Source: Pseudomonadota bacterium
GTDB taxonomy: Bacteria; Pseudomonadota; Alphaproteobacteria; Rhodobacterales; Rhodobacteraceae
Reading direction: 5' to 3'
NCBI GenBank assembly: GCA_049323795.1
Contig: JBMOOH010000005.1
Location: forward strand, 2,261-66,260
DNA length: 64,000 nt
Of this stretch, positions 22,908 to 31,974 are shown one piece after another. Below the pieces are notes generated by a model. The model did no database searches, was not told where the DNA came from, and was given only the letters and a program-made list of their open reading frames with translations. A program made the position numbers and the translations under genes. Position 1 is the stretch's first letter. Each line of letters begins with the position of its first letter.

Positions 22908-24172
22908 GAGGCCTCCCTCGCCGGCTCGCTGCGCCCGCCACAGAGCCGCGCGACATGCGTGGCGATCATCGCTTCCTCGTCGGTCTGGCGCACCTCGACC
23001 GTCACGCCGGCGCCCGGCGCCGAGACGATCCGCCGGCCCCCGGCATTGGCCGCAGGATCGAGGTCGATCCCCAGATAGCCGAGCCCGGCACAGACCAGCG
23101 CGCGCACCGGCGCGGCGTTGGCACCGATGCCGCCGGTGAAGACCAGCCGGTCGATCCCTTCCAGCGGCGCGGTCAGCGCCACCAGATGGCGGCGGACATG
23201 ATAGCAGAAATAGCCGATCGCCTCGGCCGAGGCGGCATCGTGGCGCTCGATCAGGTCGCGCATGTCGCTGCTCTGTCCGGAAAGCCCGAGCAGGCCCGAG
23301 CCGGACATCAGCATCTCTCCGACCGATGCCGCCGTCATGCCGCGTTCCCGCATCAGGTGCAGCACGAGCCCGGGGTCCACATCGCCCGACCGGGTGCCCA
23401 TCGGCACGCCGGCAAGGGTCGAGAAGCCCATCGTCGTCTCGATCGACCGCCCGCCGCGGATCGCGGCGAGCGAGGCGCCATTGCCGAGATGGGCGACGAC
23501 GATCCGTTCGGAGGACAGATCCACGCCGTCCCGGGCCAGTGCCACCACGATGTATTCGTAGCTCAGCCCGTGATAGCCGTAGCGCCGCAGCTCGGGGGTC
23601 TCGATCGCCCGCGGCAGACCGGTCATCCGCGCCAGCCGCGGCAGGCCGTTGTGGAAGGCGGTGTCGAAACAGGCGATCTGAGGCAGGTCGGGCCGCAGTG
23701 AGGCGATGGCCTCGATCCCGTCGATGTTGGCCGGCAGGTGCAGGGGCGCCAGCGGCACCAGCGCGCGCAGCCGGTCCCGCAGCCCGGGCGTGACCGGAAC
23801 GGGGCAGTCGCAGTCCGGCCCGCCATGGGCGACGCGGTGCCCGACGCCGACGAGGGGGTGGCCGCCGCCTTCGGCGCGAACCGCCCTAAGCACGGCATCG
23901 AGCGCCGCACGGTGGCTGTCGAACCGGCCCGGGCGCGCGGTCGTCCCGGCCCCCTGCCCGGCCCCCTGCCCGGCCCCCTGCCCGGCCCCCCGCCCGGCGC
24001 CCCGCCCGGCGCCCAGCGGGCCGGTCATCGAGAGGCTGGCCTTGCCGCCCCCGATGCCGGTCACCGCGCCATGCGCAAGGCGCCCCTCGCCCCCGTCCGC
24101 GTCCGCGTCGAAGAGCGCGAACTTGAGGCTGGAGGATCCGGCATTCAGGACCAGGATCGCCGATCCGGTCAC
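22904..24172 (-). CDS. ackA: acetate (propionate) kinase, with an internal Gly/Ala/Gln/Arg repeat insertion
   Basis: ILVLNAGSSSLKFALFD...GHRVAHGG...YGYHGLSYEY...VVAHLGNGASL...LVFTGGIGANA. Likely GTG start at 24172, 2 nt after the upstream small ORF stop. Alternative ATG at 24199. Confidence 0.9.
   Translation of the reverse strand: MTGSAILVLNAGSSSLKFALFDADADGGEGRLAHGAVTGIGGGKASLSMTGPLGAGRGAGRGAGQGAGQGAGQGAGTTARPGRFDSHRAALDAVLRAVRAEGGGHPLVGVGHRVAHGGPDCDCPVPVTPGLRDRLRALVPLAPLHLPANIDGIEAIASLRPDLPQIACFDTAFHNGLPRLARMTGLPRAIETPELRRYGYHGLSYEYIVVALARDGVDLSSERIVVAHLGNGASLAAIRGGRSIETTMGFSTLAGVPMGTRSGDVDPGLVLHLMRERGMTAASVGEMLMSGSGLLGLSGQSSDMRDLIERHDAASAEAIGYFCYHVRRHLVALTAPLEGIDRLVFTGGIGANAAPVRALVCAGLGYLGIDLDPAANAGGRRIVSAPGAGVTVEVRQTDEEAMIATHVARLCGGRSEPAREAS
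23945..24016. repeat. 12-bp tandem repeat x6 (cccggccccctg and variants) inside ackA
   Basis: Units start at 23945, 23957, 23969, 23981, 23993 and 24005. The repeat is in frame and encodes GAGRGAGRGAGQGAGQGAGQGAG. Confidence 0.9.
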
Positions 24173-24173
24173 G

Positions 24174-24413
24174 TCATGGCCTCCTGTCCGGGGGTGCATC
24201 GCCCTCCGGCGGAGGATCGGTGTCGGCCGGGGTCTGCCCGGTCCCCCTGTGCGCGCCGGGTCCGTGATGGCCGGAATGGCCGCCCGCCCCCCCCCGCCCG
24301 CCGTGGCCGCCCCGTCCACCGTGGCCGCCATGGCCACCGTGCCCGAACAGGTGCATCGCGATCATCCCGCCGACGAGCAGCAGGATGAGCCAGTTGTCAT
24401 ATATCCACTGCAT
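24174..24413 (-). CDS. small membrane protein with a His/Gly-rich tail (DUF2933-like, from memory)
   Basis: MQWIYDNWLILLLVGGMIAMHLFGHGGHGGHGGRGGHGGRGGAGGHSGHHGPGAH... The ATG at 24413 is 3 nt after the DUF3141 stop, and the stop is 2 nt before the ackA GTG, so it is coupled on both sides. Confidence 0.65.
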   Translation of the reverse strand: MQWIYDNWLILLLVGGMIAMHLFGHGGHGGHGGRGGHGGRGGAGGHSGHHGPGAHRGTGQTPADTDPPPEGDAPPDRRP

Positions 24414-24416
24414 GGC

Positions 24417-26222
24417 TCAGCCGCCCTTTCCGGAGGTGAGGTCGCCGGGCGGGGTGAAGACGGACCTGAACGCCAGTGCGACGGCAGTGTCGCGCGCCGT
24501 GCGCAGCGCACCGAGGCCCGCTCCGATCCGGTCCAGCGTCTCGCGTTCGGCCAAGATGGAGGGATGGTCGTCGGCCAGCGGCGCGCGGGTCCGGCGGACC
24601 GTGCCGGCCAGCATCTCGACCGAGCGCATCCATGGGTTGTAGCGCGCCGAGAACATCAGCCGGCTCCAGCGCATCGGATGGAGCGCGCGCAGCGCCTCGG
24701 CGCTGGCCGGTGTCGTCCAGGCCCGGATCCAGGGCCCCCAGAAGAGATCATAGGCCGCTCCGCCCAGGGCCGAGACCTGCGCGACCGTCTCCAATGCGCC
24801 CGAGGAGCTGACGGCGCCGAGGTCGGCGACATCGCGCTCCTCGAAGCGCACCACGTAGCCGGGCTTGCGGCAGTCGGGATCGCCGGTCGGATTGTCGATC
24901 TTCATTTCGTAGAGACCGGGCGCCAGCGCCTCGATCTCGCCCAGGCTGTCCAGGATCGCGCGGTGCTCGAACCGGGCCACCGCGGCCGAGACGAAGATGC
25001 CGAGATGGCCGACATGCGGATTGACGAGATAGACGATACGCTGGCCTGCGGCCTTCAGCGCGGCGGTGTCGGGATAGACCCTGGGGATCCAGCCCAGCGC
25101 CTGCGCCGGCGGGGTGATGTTGTCGCCCTCCGAGGCGAAGACCACGACCGGGCCGTGGATGCGGCGGAGGTCGGCCGAGCAGTCCTCGTCGATCCGCATC
25201 TCGCCGGTTTCCAGCTTGTTGCCGATGAAGAGGTTTTCGGTGATCGCGAGGATCTCCTCGCGGCTCAGCGTGTAGAAGCCGTTCCACCAGCGCTCGAAGT
25301 CGAGGAACCGGTCGCGCTCGGTGTCGACATGCGCGAAGAGATGGGCGTATTTCTCCCAGATCGCCTTTTCCGGCTGCAGCCCTTCGAAGTTCTGCGCCAG
25401 CCAGGCGCCGTCGAAACGGCCGTCCCCCAGGTCGGCCGCCATGTGCGCGGCCCAGACCCCGCCGGCCAGCGCGCCCATCATCCGCATCGGGCTGGTCTCG
25501 GGCGCGCCCGCCCAGTAGCTGAGCGGCGCGCCGTTCAGCACGACCGGACCGGCCAGACCCTCGCAGTCGGCCGCCAGCAGCGTCACCGCCCATCCGGCCT
25601 GGCAGTTGCCGTAAAGCACCGGCGGATGGTCGGGATGGCGCCTGGCGACCTCGGCCACGAAGCGGCGCAGGGCATGGTGGACATCGGCCAGCGTCTGGCC
25701 GGGTTCCGGCTCGGGGAAGAACATCACGAAATAGACGGGATGGCCCTCGTGCAGGGCGATGCCCAGTTCGCTGTCGCGCTTGAAACCGCCGATGCCCGGC
25801 CCGTGTCCCGCGCGCGGATCGAGCACGATCACCGGCGGCTTGGCCGGATCGACGCAATCGTCCCAGCAGGTGTCGCCAAGGCGCGTGATCCGGAGCAGCG
25901 CGTAGTTCGCGGGCGTCTCGAAGCGCCGCGCGTCGAGAAGCATCTCGCTGTCGAAGTCGAGCAGCGGCGGCATGCCCTGACGCTCGTGCTCGATCATGTT
26001 GTCGGCCCGAGCGCGCAGCGTGTCGAGAAACAGGATCCAGCGTTCGGCCAGATCCTTCGGATAGGAGGCTGCGGCTGTCGCCGCATCGCCGGCCCGCGCG
26101 GCCGTTGCGGCGGATGGCCTGGCGGCCGCCGATGTCGCGGCGGCCTGGGTGACGGCCGCCGGCATGGGCGCGGGCACCGGGGCGCGCCGCGTGGTCCTGT
26201 GATGCGTTCCCGTGGCGGTCAT
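24417..26222 (-). CDS. DUF3141 / 3-hydroxyalkanoate-synthetase-like alpha/beta-hydrolase protein
   Basis: 601 aa. It holds the 'orfA' position upstream of ackA/pta/fabI, as in the Sinorhizobium meliloti orfA-pta-ackA locus. The family was assigned from memory of this conserved neighbourhood and the overall sequence character. Confidence 0.65.
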   Translation of the reverse strand: MTATGTHHRTTRRAPVPAPMPAAVTQAAATSAAARPSAATAARAGDAATAAASYPKDLAERWILFLDTLRARADNMIEHERQGMPPLLDFDSEMLLDARRFETPANYALLRITRLGDTCWDDCVDPAKPPVIVLDPRAGHGPGIGGFKRDSELGIALHEGHPVYFVMFFPEPEPGQTLADVHHALRRFVAEVARRHPDHPPVLYGNCQAGWAVTLLAADCEGLAGPVVLNGAPLSYWAGAPETSPMRMMGALAGGVWAAHMAADLGDGRFDGAWLAQNFEGLQPEKAIWEKYAHLFAHVDTERDRFLDFERWWNGFYTLSREEILAITENLFIGNKLETGEMRIDEDCSADLRRIHGPVVVFASEGDNITPPAQALGWIPRVYPDTAALKAAGQRIVYLVNPHVGHLGIFVSAAVARFEHRAILDSLGEIEALAPGLYEMKIDNPTGDPDCRKPGYVVRFEERDVADLGAVSSSGALETVAQVSALGGAAYDLFWGPWIRAWTTPASAEALRALHPMRWSRLMFSARYNPWMRSVEMLAGTVRRTRAPLADDHPSILAERETLDRIGAGLGALRTARDTAVALAFRSVFTPPGDLTSGKGG

Positions 26223-26394
26223 GACGCGCTCCTTTCAGTTGTCATTGTTCGTCTGTCGCTTCTGACCGTCCCAAGCCCCGGCGTTGCGACGCCCGAGAGA
26301 CAGACGTATGCCGGGGTCGCACATTACAGCCGGTTCCCGTCGTGCCGGTCTCGCCCGGTCCGGCCCGGCTGCCCCCTCGATCCCGCCGAACGGG

Positions 26395-27554
26395 TCAACC
26401 GGGAGGTGCGGCTGCGGCCGGCCCGGGGCCCGGGTCGTAATCGCCGTGCCGGCACCAGACGCAGTCGCATTCCTCGTGTCTGCAGCTCGGATCGGCAAGC
26501 GGGGCACGCCAGTATCGCTGCGCGACCGGAAGCAACAGCCGTTTCAGCGGCGTGAGAGCATAGGCGCGGCGCAGGAGGTCGCCCGCGTCGCGCCGGCCCA
26601 GCCGACCGACAGCCAACCGAATCCCGGTCGCGCTCGCGGCAGTAGTGAAGATCCACCGGTTGACCAGGCCGGCCTTCAGCCCCGGGCCCAGGTCAGCCTG
26701 CCAGAGCGCGGCAAGTCGCCGCCGGCCAGGATGCTGCGGGCCGCCAGCACACCCGAGCGGATCGCATAGCGGATCCCGAAACCCGCCAGCGCATCCTGAA
26801 AGCCGGCATGTTCGCCGATCACCGGATGGCCGCCCTGCATTGCCGTGCGCGGCAGCCGGACATTGCCGTAGCCGCCGAATGGCCGGGGATTGCGCATCTC
26901 GAGGCCCGAATGGGTGCGGAACCACGCCTCTGCCGCGGCGACATGGCGCGCCTGGTCGCGGAAGCGGGCGAACATGCAGCTTGCCACCGTTCCCCGCCCG
27001 TTGTGCACGAGCAGATAGGCATAGCCACCGGGGGCCACGGCATCGCCGAGCGCCAGCCACGCGCCATCGGCCATGCCGGTCTCGAAGACGTGACCCGCTG
27101 CGATCACCGTGGCCTCGCGCGGCCCGGCGGCGAGAACACCGGCGCCGTCGAACGCGCGCACCCGGTCGCCGAAGCGGAGTTCGACGCCGGCTGCCTCGGC
27201 CTGCGCCGCCAGCCCGCGGTCGAGCGTGCCCGCCTCCGGCCCGCGGCGGACGAGGTAGAACAGCGGCCGCCTGCCGGTCACGTCGTGGCGCCTCCCGGTC
27301 GGATCGAAGACCGCCCCGCGGTCGACGCCGTGATACTCGAAACTGGCGGCGATGCCGGCCTCGGCCAGGTCGTCGAGCACGTCGGACCCGCGGCTCCAGT
27401 TCTCGATGCCCTGGAAGTCGTCGTGAAACCGATGGCCGACGCCGTGCTTCCATTCGCGCACCACCACGCGCGCGCCGCCCTTCGCCAGAACGATGGCACA
27501 GGCAAGCCCGGCGGGTCCTGCACCGACGACCGTGAGTGCGTCGTCACGGCGCAT
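26395..27554 (-). pseudogene. FAD-dependent oxidoreductase (geranylgeranyl-reductase-like) with an apparent 1-nt frameshift near 26713
   Basis: The N-terminal frame (26676..27554) has VVGAGPAGLACAIVLAKGGARVVV. After ...SILAGGD the coding-looking sequence (high GC3) continues in another frame as LAALWQADLGPGLKAGLVNRWIF...CRHEECDCVWCRHG to a stop at 26395. Confidence 0.6.
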
Positions 27555-27585
27555 GTTTGCAGCCTCCGTTCCCCCCGGCCCGGTG

Positions 27586-28434
27586 TCAGGCCACGGCGAG
27601 GATCACCAGACCCAGCCCCACCACGCTGCCGCCAAGGGCAAGCTTGACCCCGTCACGGTGGTGGAGGTTCCAGTGCGCCAGCCGGTTCAGCCCGGCGCGC
27701 GACGAGGCGGCAAGCAGGATGCCGACCAGGGGCAGGATGAACATCACGTTGTAGACCAGAAGATAGCCGTAGCTTTCGGTCAGGCCGGGCTGCAGCGCCA
27801 GAAGGCTGATGATCGCCAGATAGACCGCGCCCGAGCAGGGCACGGTGCACAGGCTGATCAGCGCGCCGAGGCCGAACATCGTGGCCGCCGAGGCCGCCCC
27901 GTCGGCCCCGCGCACGCGGCGCCCGACCCAGGCCGGCGCGGCAAGCCGCGGTCCGACACCGGGCAGGAAGTAGTCCTTCAGCATCCACAGGCCCAGCAAC
28001 ACCGACAGAAGCGCGCCGAGCCGCGCCCCGAAGTGGTTCTGCGCCAGCGTCGTCGAAATCTGCATCAGCCCGGCGCCCAGCACCAGATAGGCCAGGAAGA
28101 TCGCCAGAACGAAGGCGCCGCCGTTGCGCAACATGCGTCCGCGGACCTGCGACACGGCCGCAGGACCGGCATTGCCCGCCGTGGCCAGTAGCGCCGCGAT
28201 GAACAGCAAAAGCAGCGTGAACGAACAGGGATTGATCCCATCGGCAAGCCCGGCCAGGACGATCACGGGCAGCGTGATCTCGGGCCGCGTCAGAAGCCCG
28301 GCCATGCCGCCCTGGGGCGCGAGGCCCGTCGGCAGCCAGCCTGCGGCCAACGCGATTGCGATGGCACCAAGCGCCGCAAGCCCAAGGACTGCGGCCACGG
28401 GCCTGCGACGGAAACCCGGTATCGCCATTCTCAC
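27586..28434 (-). CDS. CcdA/DsbD-family thiol-disulfide-transfer membrane protein
   Basis: Polytopic membrane protein with the two TM cysteines typical of the family (GINPCSFTLL and LCTVPCSGAVY). GTG at 28434 overlaps the upstream stop; alternative ATG at 28428. Confidence 0.7.
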   Translation of the reverse strand: MRMAIPGFRRRPVAAVLGLAALGAIAIALAAGWLPTGLAPQGGMAGLLTRPEITLPVIVLAGLADGINPCSFTLLLLFIAALLATAGNAGPAAVSQVRGRMLRNGGAFVLAIFLAYLVLGAGLMQISTTLAQNHFGARLGALLSVLLGLWMLKDYFLPGVGPRLAAPAWVGRRVRGADGAASAATMFGLGALISLCTVPCSGAVYLAIISLLALQPGLTESYGYLLVYNVMFILPLVGILLAASSRAGLNRLAHWNLHHRDGVKLALGGSVVGLGLVILAVA

Positions 28435-28898
28435 GCCTCGACGATCAGTCGGCCGTTCATGTAGGGATTGGCTTTCCCCCCGCAGCAGACGTTGCAGTAG
28501 AAGCCGTAGGTGCCGGGCTTGTCCACGGTGAAGCTGACCAGCTGCTCGGAAAGCGGTCCCACCTTGAAATCGAGGCCAAGTTCCTCGCTGGCGAACTGGT
28601 GCCAGCCGCCGCCGTCCGAATGCAGCGAATTGTCACGGTTGACCAGGAGCAGACGGACCGGCTGTCCCGCCTTCACGGTCAGCACGTTCGGGGCAAAGCC
28701 GCTCATCGAGATGGAGACGGGCACGGCGTCGGCCGCGGCGCCGGACAGGTTCTGACGCAGCGCCGGCCACAGGAAGTAGCCGGCCGCACCGAGCGACCCG
28801 GCCGCGACGAGGCCGAAGGCGAGCAGGCTGCGCCGGGTGGGCCTGCCGGCGGTCGCGCCCGGGTGGCCGGGCCGGGCGTTCTTGGGGGCGGTGTTCAT
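28431..28898 (-). CDS. Tat-exported cupredoxin-fold protein with an atypical Cys-rich ligand loop
   Basis: RRSLLAFGLVAAG signal, then VLTVKAGQPVRLLLVNRD...PGTYGFYCNVCCGGKANPYMNGRLIV. ATG at 28898 has a GGAGAT SD. An alternative ATG at 28976 overlaps the upstream stop (ATGA). Confidence 0.7.
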   Translation of the reverse strand: MNTAPKNARPGHPGATAGRPTRRSLLAFGLVAAGSLGAAGYFLWPALRQNLSGAAADAVPVSISMSGFAPNVLTVKAGQPVRLLLVNRDNSLHSDGGGWHQFASEELGLDFKVGPLSEQLVSFTVDKPGTYGFYCNVCCGGKANPYMNGRLIVEA

Positions 28899-28972
28899 GG
28901 ATGTTCGATCTCCGGTTGGGGCGTCGGTCGGGCTGGAGGCAGCCGCCCGTGGCCGGGTGGCCGCCGCTGCGC

Positions 28973-29725
28973 TCATCCAATTGACGCAGCACGGCGCGAC
29001 AGATTACGGGGGCGTTCGGCCACGACGACCTGGTAGAGCCCGCCGAGACAGCGCCGCTCGCGCCAGCGGAAATGTCCGGACGCAGAGGCGAGCGACGCGA
29101 TCGGCGTGCGCCACATTTCGGCGGCAAAGGGCTCCAGCAGGCGAAACACCGCGCCCATCACCGGCCGGAGCGGGTTCCAGGCGGCGGGCCGCGCGTAATC
29201 GACGAAAACCGCCCGCCCGCCCGGCTCGACACGGGCGAGGGCGGCATCGACCGCCCGCCGCTTGTGGGCGGGGGGCAGTTCGTGCAGCAGGAAAAAGACC
29301 AGGATCGCATCGTAGGCGACGTCATGGCCGGAGGCGCCCGGGTCCGCGGCATCCGCCTGATGCACCCGTGCGTTGGAGAACCGGCGCAGTTTGCGCGCGG
29401 TGTTGGCGACCTGGATCGGCGCGATGTCGATCACGTCCAGCGCCCCGTGCGGGCCGAGGCGCGCAGCCAGCCGTTGCGACAGGTCGCCATAGACGCAGGC
29501 GACCTGAAGGACCCGGTCCCCGGGCGCGACTTCGGCGAGGGCGGCGTCCGTCAGGCGGCGATACTGGCCCCACAGGATCGCCGATGCCATTGCGGTGCGA
29601 TCGAAGACGCGAAGGCTGGCGGGCCGCAGATAGGCCCACCGGTAGTGCCGTTCGAGATAATCGGGAAGGCCGGCCGGTGCAGTGTCTGCCCCGGCCAGGT
29701 CCGGCACTTCGCCCCCGTCAGCCAC
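28973..29725 (-). CDS. class I SAM-dependent-methyltransferase-fold protein with RquA-like motif I (candidate rhodoquinone biosynthesis enzyme)
   Basis: DYLERHYRWAYL...VLQVACVYGDLSQRLAARLGPHGALDVIDIAP...ILVFFLLHELP...GGRAVFVDY. Motif I is LQVACVYG instead of LDxGxGxG (Asp to Gln, Gly to Val). Confidence 0.6.
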   Translation of the reverse strand: MADGGEVPDLAGADTAPAGLPDYLERHYRWAYLRPASLRVFDRTAMASAILWGQYRRLTDAALAEVAPGDRVLQVACVYGDLSQRLAARLGPHGALDVIDIAPIQVANTARKLRRFSNARVHQADAADPGASGHDVAYDAILVFFLLHELPPAHKRRAVDAALARVEPGGRAVFVDYARPAAWNPLRPVMGAVFRLLEPFAAEMWRTPIASLASASGHFRWRERRCLGGLYQVVVAERPRNLSRRAASIG

Positions 29726-30473
29726 GCGCTCGGCTTCCCAGGAAGCCGAGCGCGACGATCGCGACCGCTCCGGCGACGAAGACCCAGAGCATCCAGGTCG
29801 GCAGGTAGAAGGTCATGTAGACTTCCCAGCCGAGCCAGCCCAGGCTTTTCGTCACCAGTGACGGCGTCCCGTTCAGCGATCCGCCAAGCGTGCCGGTGAT
29901 CGTCACCACGGCGGTCCCGATCAGGGTCAGCAGGAAAGTGACCCAGCGCTGCGCCCCGTCGAAGAGATGCTGCCGGAAGCGGTAGCCGAGGATGCCCATC
30001 ACCGTCCAGTAGCTGAGCGTCCAGGTCGCCAGCATGATGTGGTTGCGCCCCAGCGGCGATTCCGTGATCGCCGACCAGGGATAGATCGACAGCCCCAGCC
30101 CATAGGCCACGACGCCCGAGAGCGAGCCCAGCAGGATCAGCGGCCAGACCGACTTCTGCAGCCGCACCGCCAGATCGGAGTCCGAGAAGACCCGGAAAAA
30201 GATGAAGAGCGCGGCAGTCAGCCACAGCGCGATCGGGAAATGCACCACCAGGATGTGATAGACTGGGCTGATCGAGAAGCGCGGCGCGCCTTCCAGCGCG
30301 ACCGGCACCCCGCCAGCCTGGCTGCTGGCCAGCGCGGCTCCGACGGTTGCGGCCAGCGCGCCTGCGGCAAGCAGGGCCCTGCGTGCCGTCATGTCGAAGA
30401 TCCGAAGTCCTTGCATGGGTCGATCCTTGCTCTGTGCGGGGCTGGCGATCCGGATTGGGTTGCTGCGGGTCAT
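29718..30473 (-). CDS. DUF2231-like integral membrane protein (possible haem-binding)
   Basis: Multi-TM protein with VVHFPIALWL and later conserved-looking His residues. ATG at 30473 overlaps the upstream stop (ATGA). Alternative starts at 30416 and 30392 (Tat-like MTARRALLAAGA). Confidence 0.55.
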   Translation of the reverse strand: MTRSNPIRIASPAQSKDRPMQGLRIFDMTARRALLAAGALAATVGAALASSQAGGVPVALEGAPRFSISPVYHILVVHFPIALWLTAALFIFFRVFSDSDLAVRLQKSVWPLILLGSLSGVVAYGLGLSIYPWSAITESPLGRNHIMLATWTLSYWTVMGILGYRFRQHLFDGAQRWVTFLLTLIGTAVVTITGTLGGSLNGTPSLVTKSLGWLGWEVYMTFYLPTWMLWVFVAGAVAIVALGFLGSRARG

Positions 30474-31858
30474 CTGAGGTCCTCCTGGCGCCGGTAGAGC
30501 AGCAGCATCGAGATGCCGAGCGCGGCGATCAGGCCCACGCTCGCGGCCAGCGTCCACAGCCATTGCCGCTTGATTTCCTTGGCGAACTCGACTTCGACGC
30601 CATAGAGCGCGAGTTGCCGCTCGGAGTGGCGGTAGGCGACCGGCACGCGCTGCGCGATCTTGTCGGCGCCCGGGTGCTGACGCGGATCGACCAGACGCGA
30701 CCAGCTGACCTGGCCGGGGTAGAAGACCGTCATCTCGGTCCACGGCCCGCTCCAGTCGGGCTGCCCCGGCTGGGAGCGCTGCACCGAGATCTGCCCCGGG
30801 GCGTCAAGGCCGAGCGAGACCGGCAGGGAAATGTAGTGCCAGCGCATGGTCGAGGAATTGCGGAATACCGCGAAGGCGAGATCGTAGCTGCCGCCTTCGC
30901 GGAAGATCTTGTCCTCCAGGGGATCGCCCGTATCCATCGCCCGCTGCAGCGTCACGTCCCAGTAGCCGTCGCTCCAGCGCGCGGCCTGCGGCATCACGAT
31001 GTCGCCGCGCGACCCGCCGGCAGCGCGCAGAACCTGCGCCGGCAGGGTGTCGCCCTCCTTCCAGCCGGCATTGGGGTCGAAGGGCACGGCCGCGGATTCG
31101 GCCAGGAAATAGGGCGCGTCGAAGCTGACCGTGCCTGCGGCCACTTCCTCCGCCGTCACCTTCCCGGCACCGGCGGCACCCGGCGCGAACATGAAGCGCG
31201 GCTGTCCGGTCGCCTCGTCGAAGTTCGAATCGTAGGGCGCAGTGCCGCTGTCTTCCTCGCGCGCCGCGCTGACAGAAGTGTCGTCAGCCTGCGCCAGGGG
31301 ATTGGTGCGGGCCGACTTCCAGTCCCAGAGGTCCAGGAAATACCCCGCCTTGCGCAGGTCGAGCAGCTCGTTCCCGGGGCGGACCGTCTCGAACTTGTTC
31401 GGATCGGTCCGGGTCTGCGGGAGGTACTTGCTGCGCTCCTCCGCGGTTTCGGGCACGCCGGTGAAGCTCGTCAGCCCGTCGCCGATGGTGATGTAGCCGC
31501 CATAGCGCGAGAACAGCGGCACCGAGCCGTCGTCCACCATCATCGCCACCCGGTCCTCGATCAGCCGGTCGGGGTCGGACCCGAGTTCCTCGCCCTCGCG
31601 CAGGGACCATTTGCCGCCCTCGTAGACCAGCAGGTTGTTGACGAGGTTCGGCTGTTCCGCCGGCCAGCGGTAGCGGAACCAGATCGACTGGCCGTCATAG
31701 GCGACCTTCACCTGCAGGGTGCTGGTCAGTTCCTTCGGGATCGCGATGTTTCGTTCGGGGTCATCGCCGATGATGCCGGTGCGGTGGTTGACCCAGGCGG
31801 CCACCAGAAGCCCGGTGAAGATGACCGACGCCGCGGCAAGATAGGGCAGTCTTCGCAT
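30470..31858 (-). CDS. EB_dh (ethylbenzene-dehydrogenase gamma-like, DOMON-related) haem-domain protein with N- and C-terminal membrane anchors
   Basis: QVKVAYDGQSIWFRYRWP...FLDLWDWKSARTNP...YWDVTLQRAM...FAVF. ATG at 31858 with a GAGGAG SD. C-terminal TM segment WLWTLAASVGLIAALGISMLLLY. Confidence 0.65.
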   Translation of the reverse strand: MRRLPYLAAASVIFTGLLVAAWVNHRTGIIGDDPERNIAIPKELTSTLQVKVAYDGQSIWFRYRWPAEQPNLVNNLLVYEGGKWSLREGEELGSDPDRLIEDRVAMMVDDGSVPLFSRYGGYITIGDGLTSFTGVPETAEERSKYLPQTRTDPNKFETVRPGNELLDLRKAGYFLDLWDWKSARTNPLAQADDTSVSAAREEDSGTAPYDSNFDEATGQPRFMFAPGAAGAGKVTAEEVAAGTVSFDAPYFLAESAAVPFDPNAGWKEGDTLPAQVLRAAGGSRGDIVMPQAARWSDGYWDVTLQRAMDTGDPLEDKIFREGGSYDLAFAVFRNSSTMRWHYISLPVSLGLDAPGQISVQRSQPGQPDWSGPWTEMTVFYPGQVSWSRLVDPRQHPGADKIAQRVPVAYRHSERQLALYGVEVEFAKEIKRQWLWTLAASVGLIAALGISMLLLYRRQEDLR

Positions 31859-31974
31859 TGCTGTGCGCTCCTCTGCTTGGTCACGGACACGGGAACGCAC
31901 ACGATGCCGGCGCGGGTCGCGCCGACGGTCGGCCGACCCCGGACGAAGACATAGACGCAGATTTTCCCGATTCC

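Noticed and set aside
26223-26394. Pho box (CTGTCAT-N4-CTGTCAT) upstream of the DUF3141-ackA-pta operon, expected by analogy with S. meliloti.
   Set aside because: Only loose half-sites are present (CTGTAAT on the gene strand, TTGTCAT on the opposite strand next to the SD), without the 11-bp-spaced partner. That is not enough to call.
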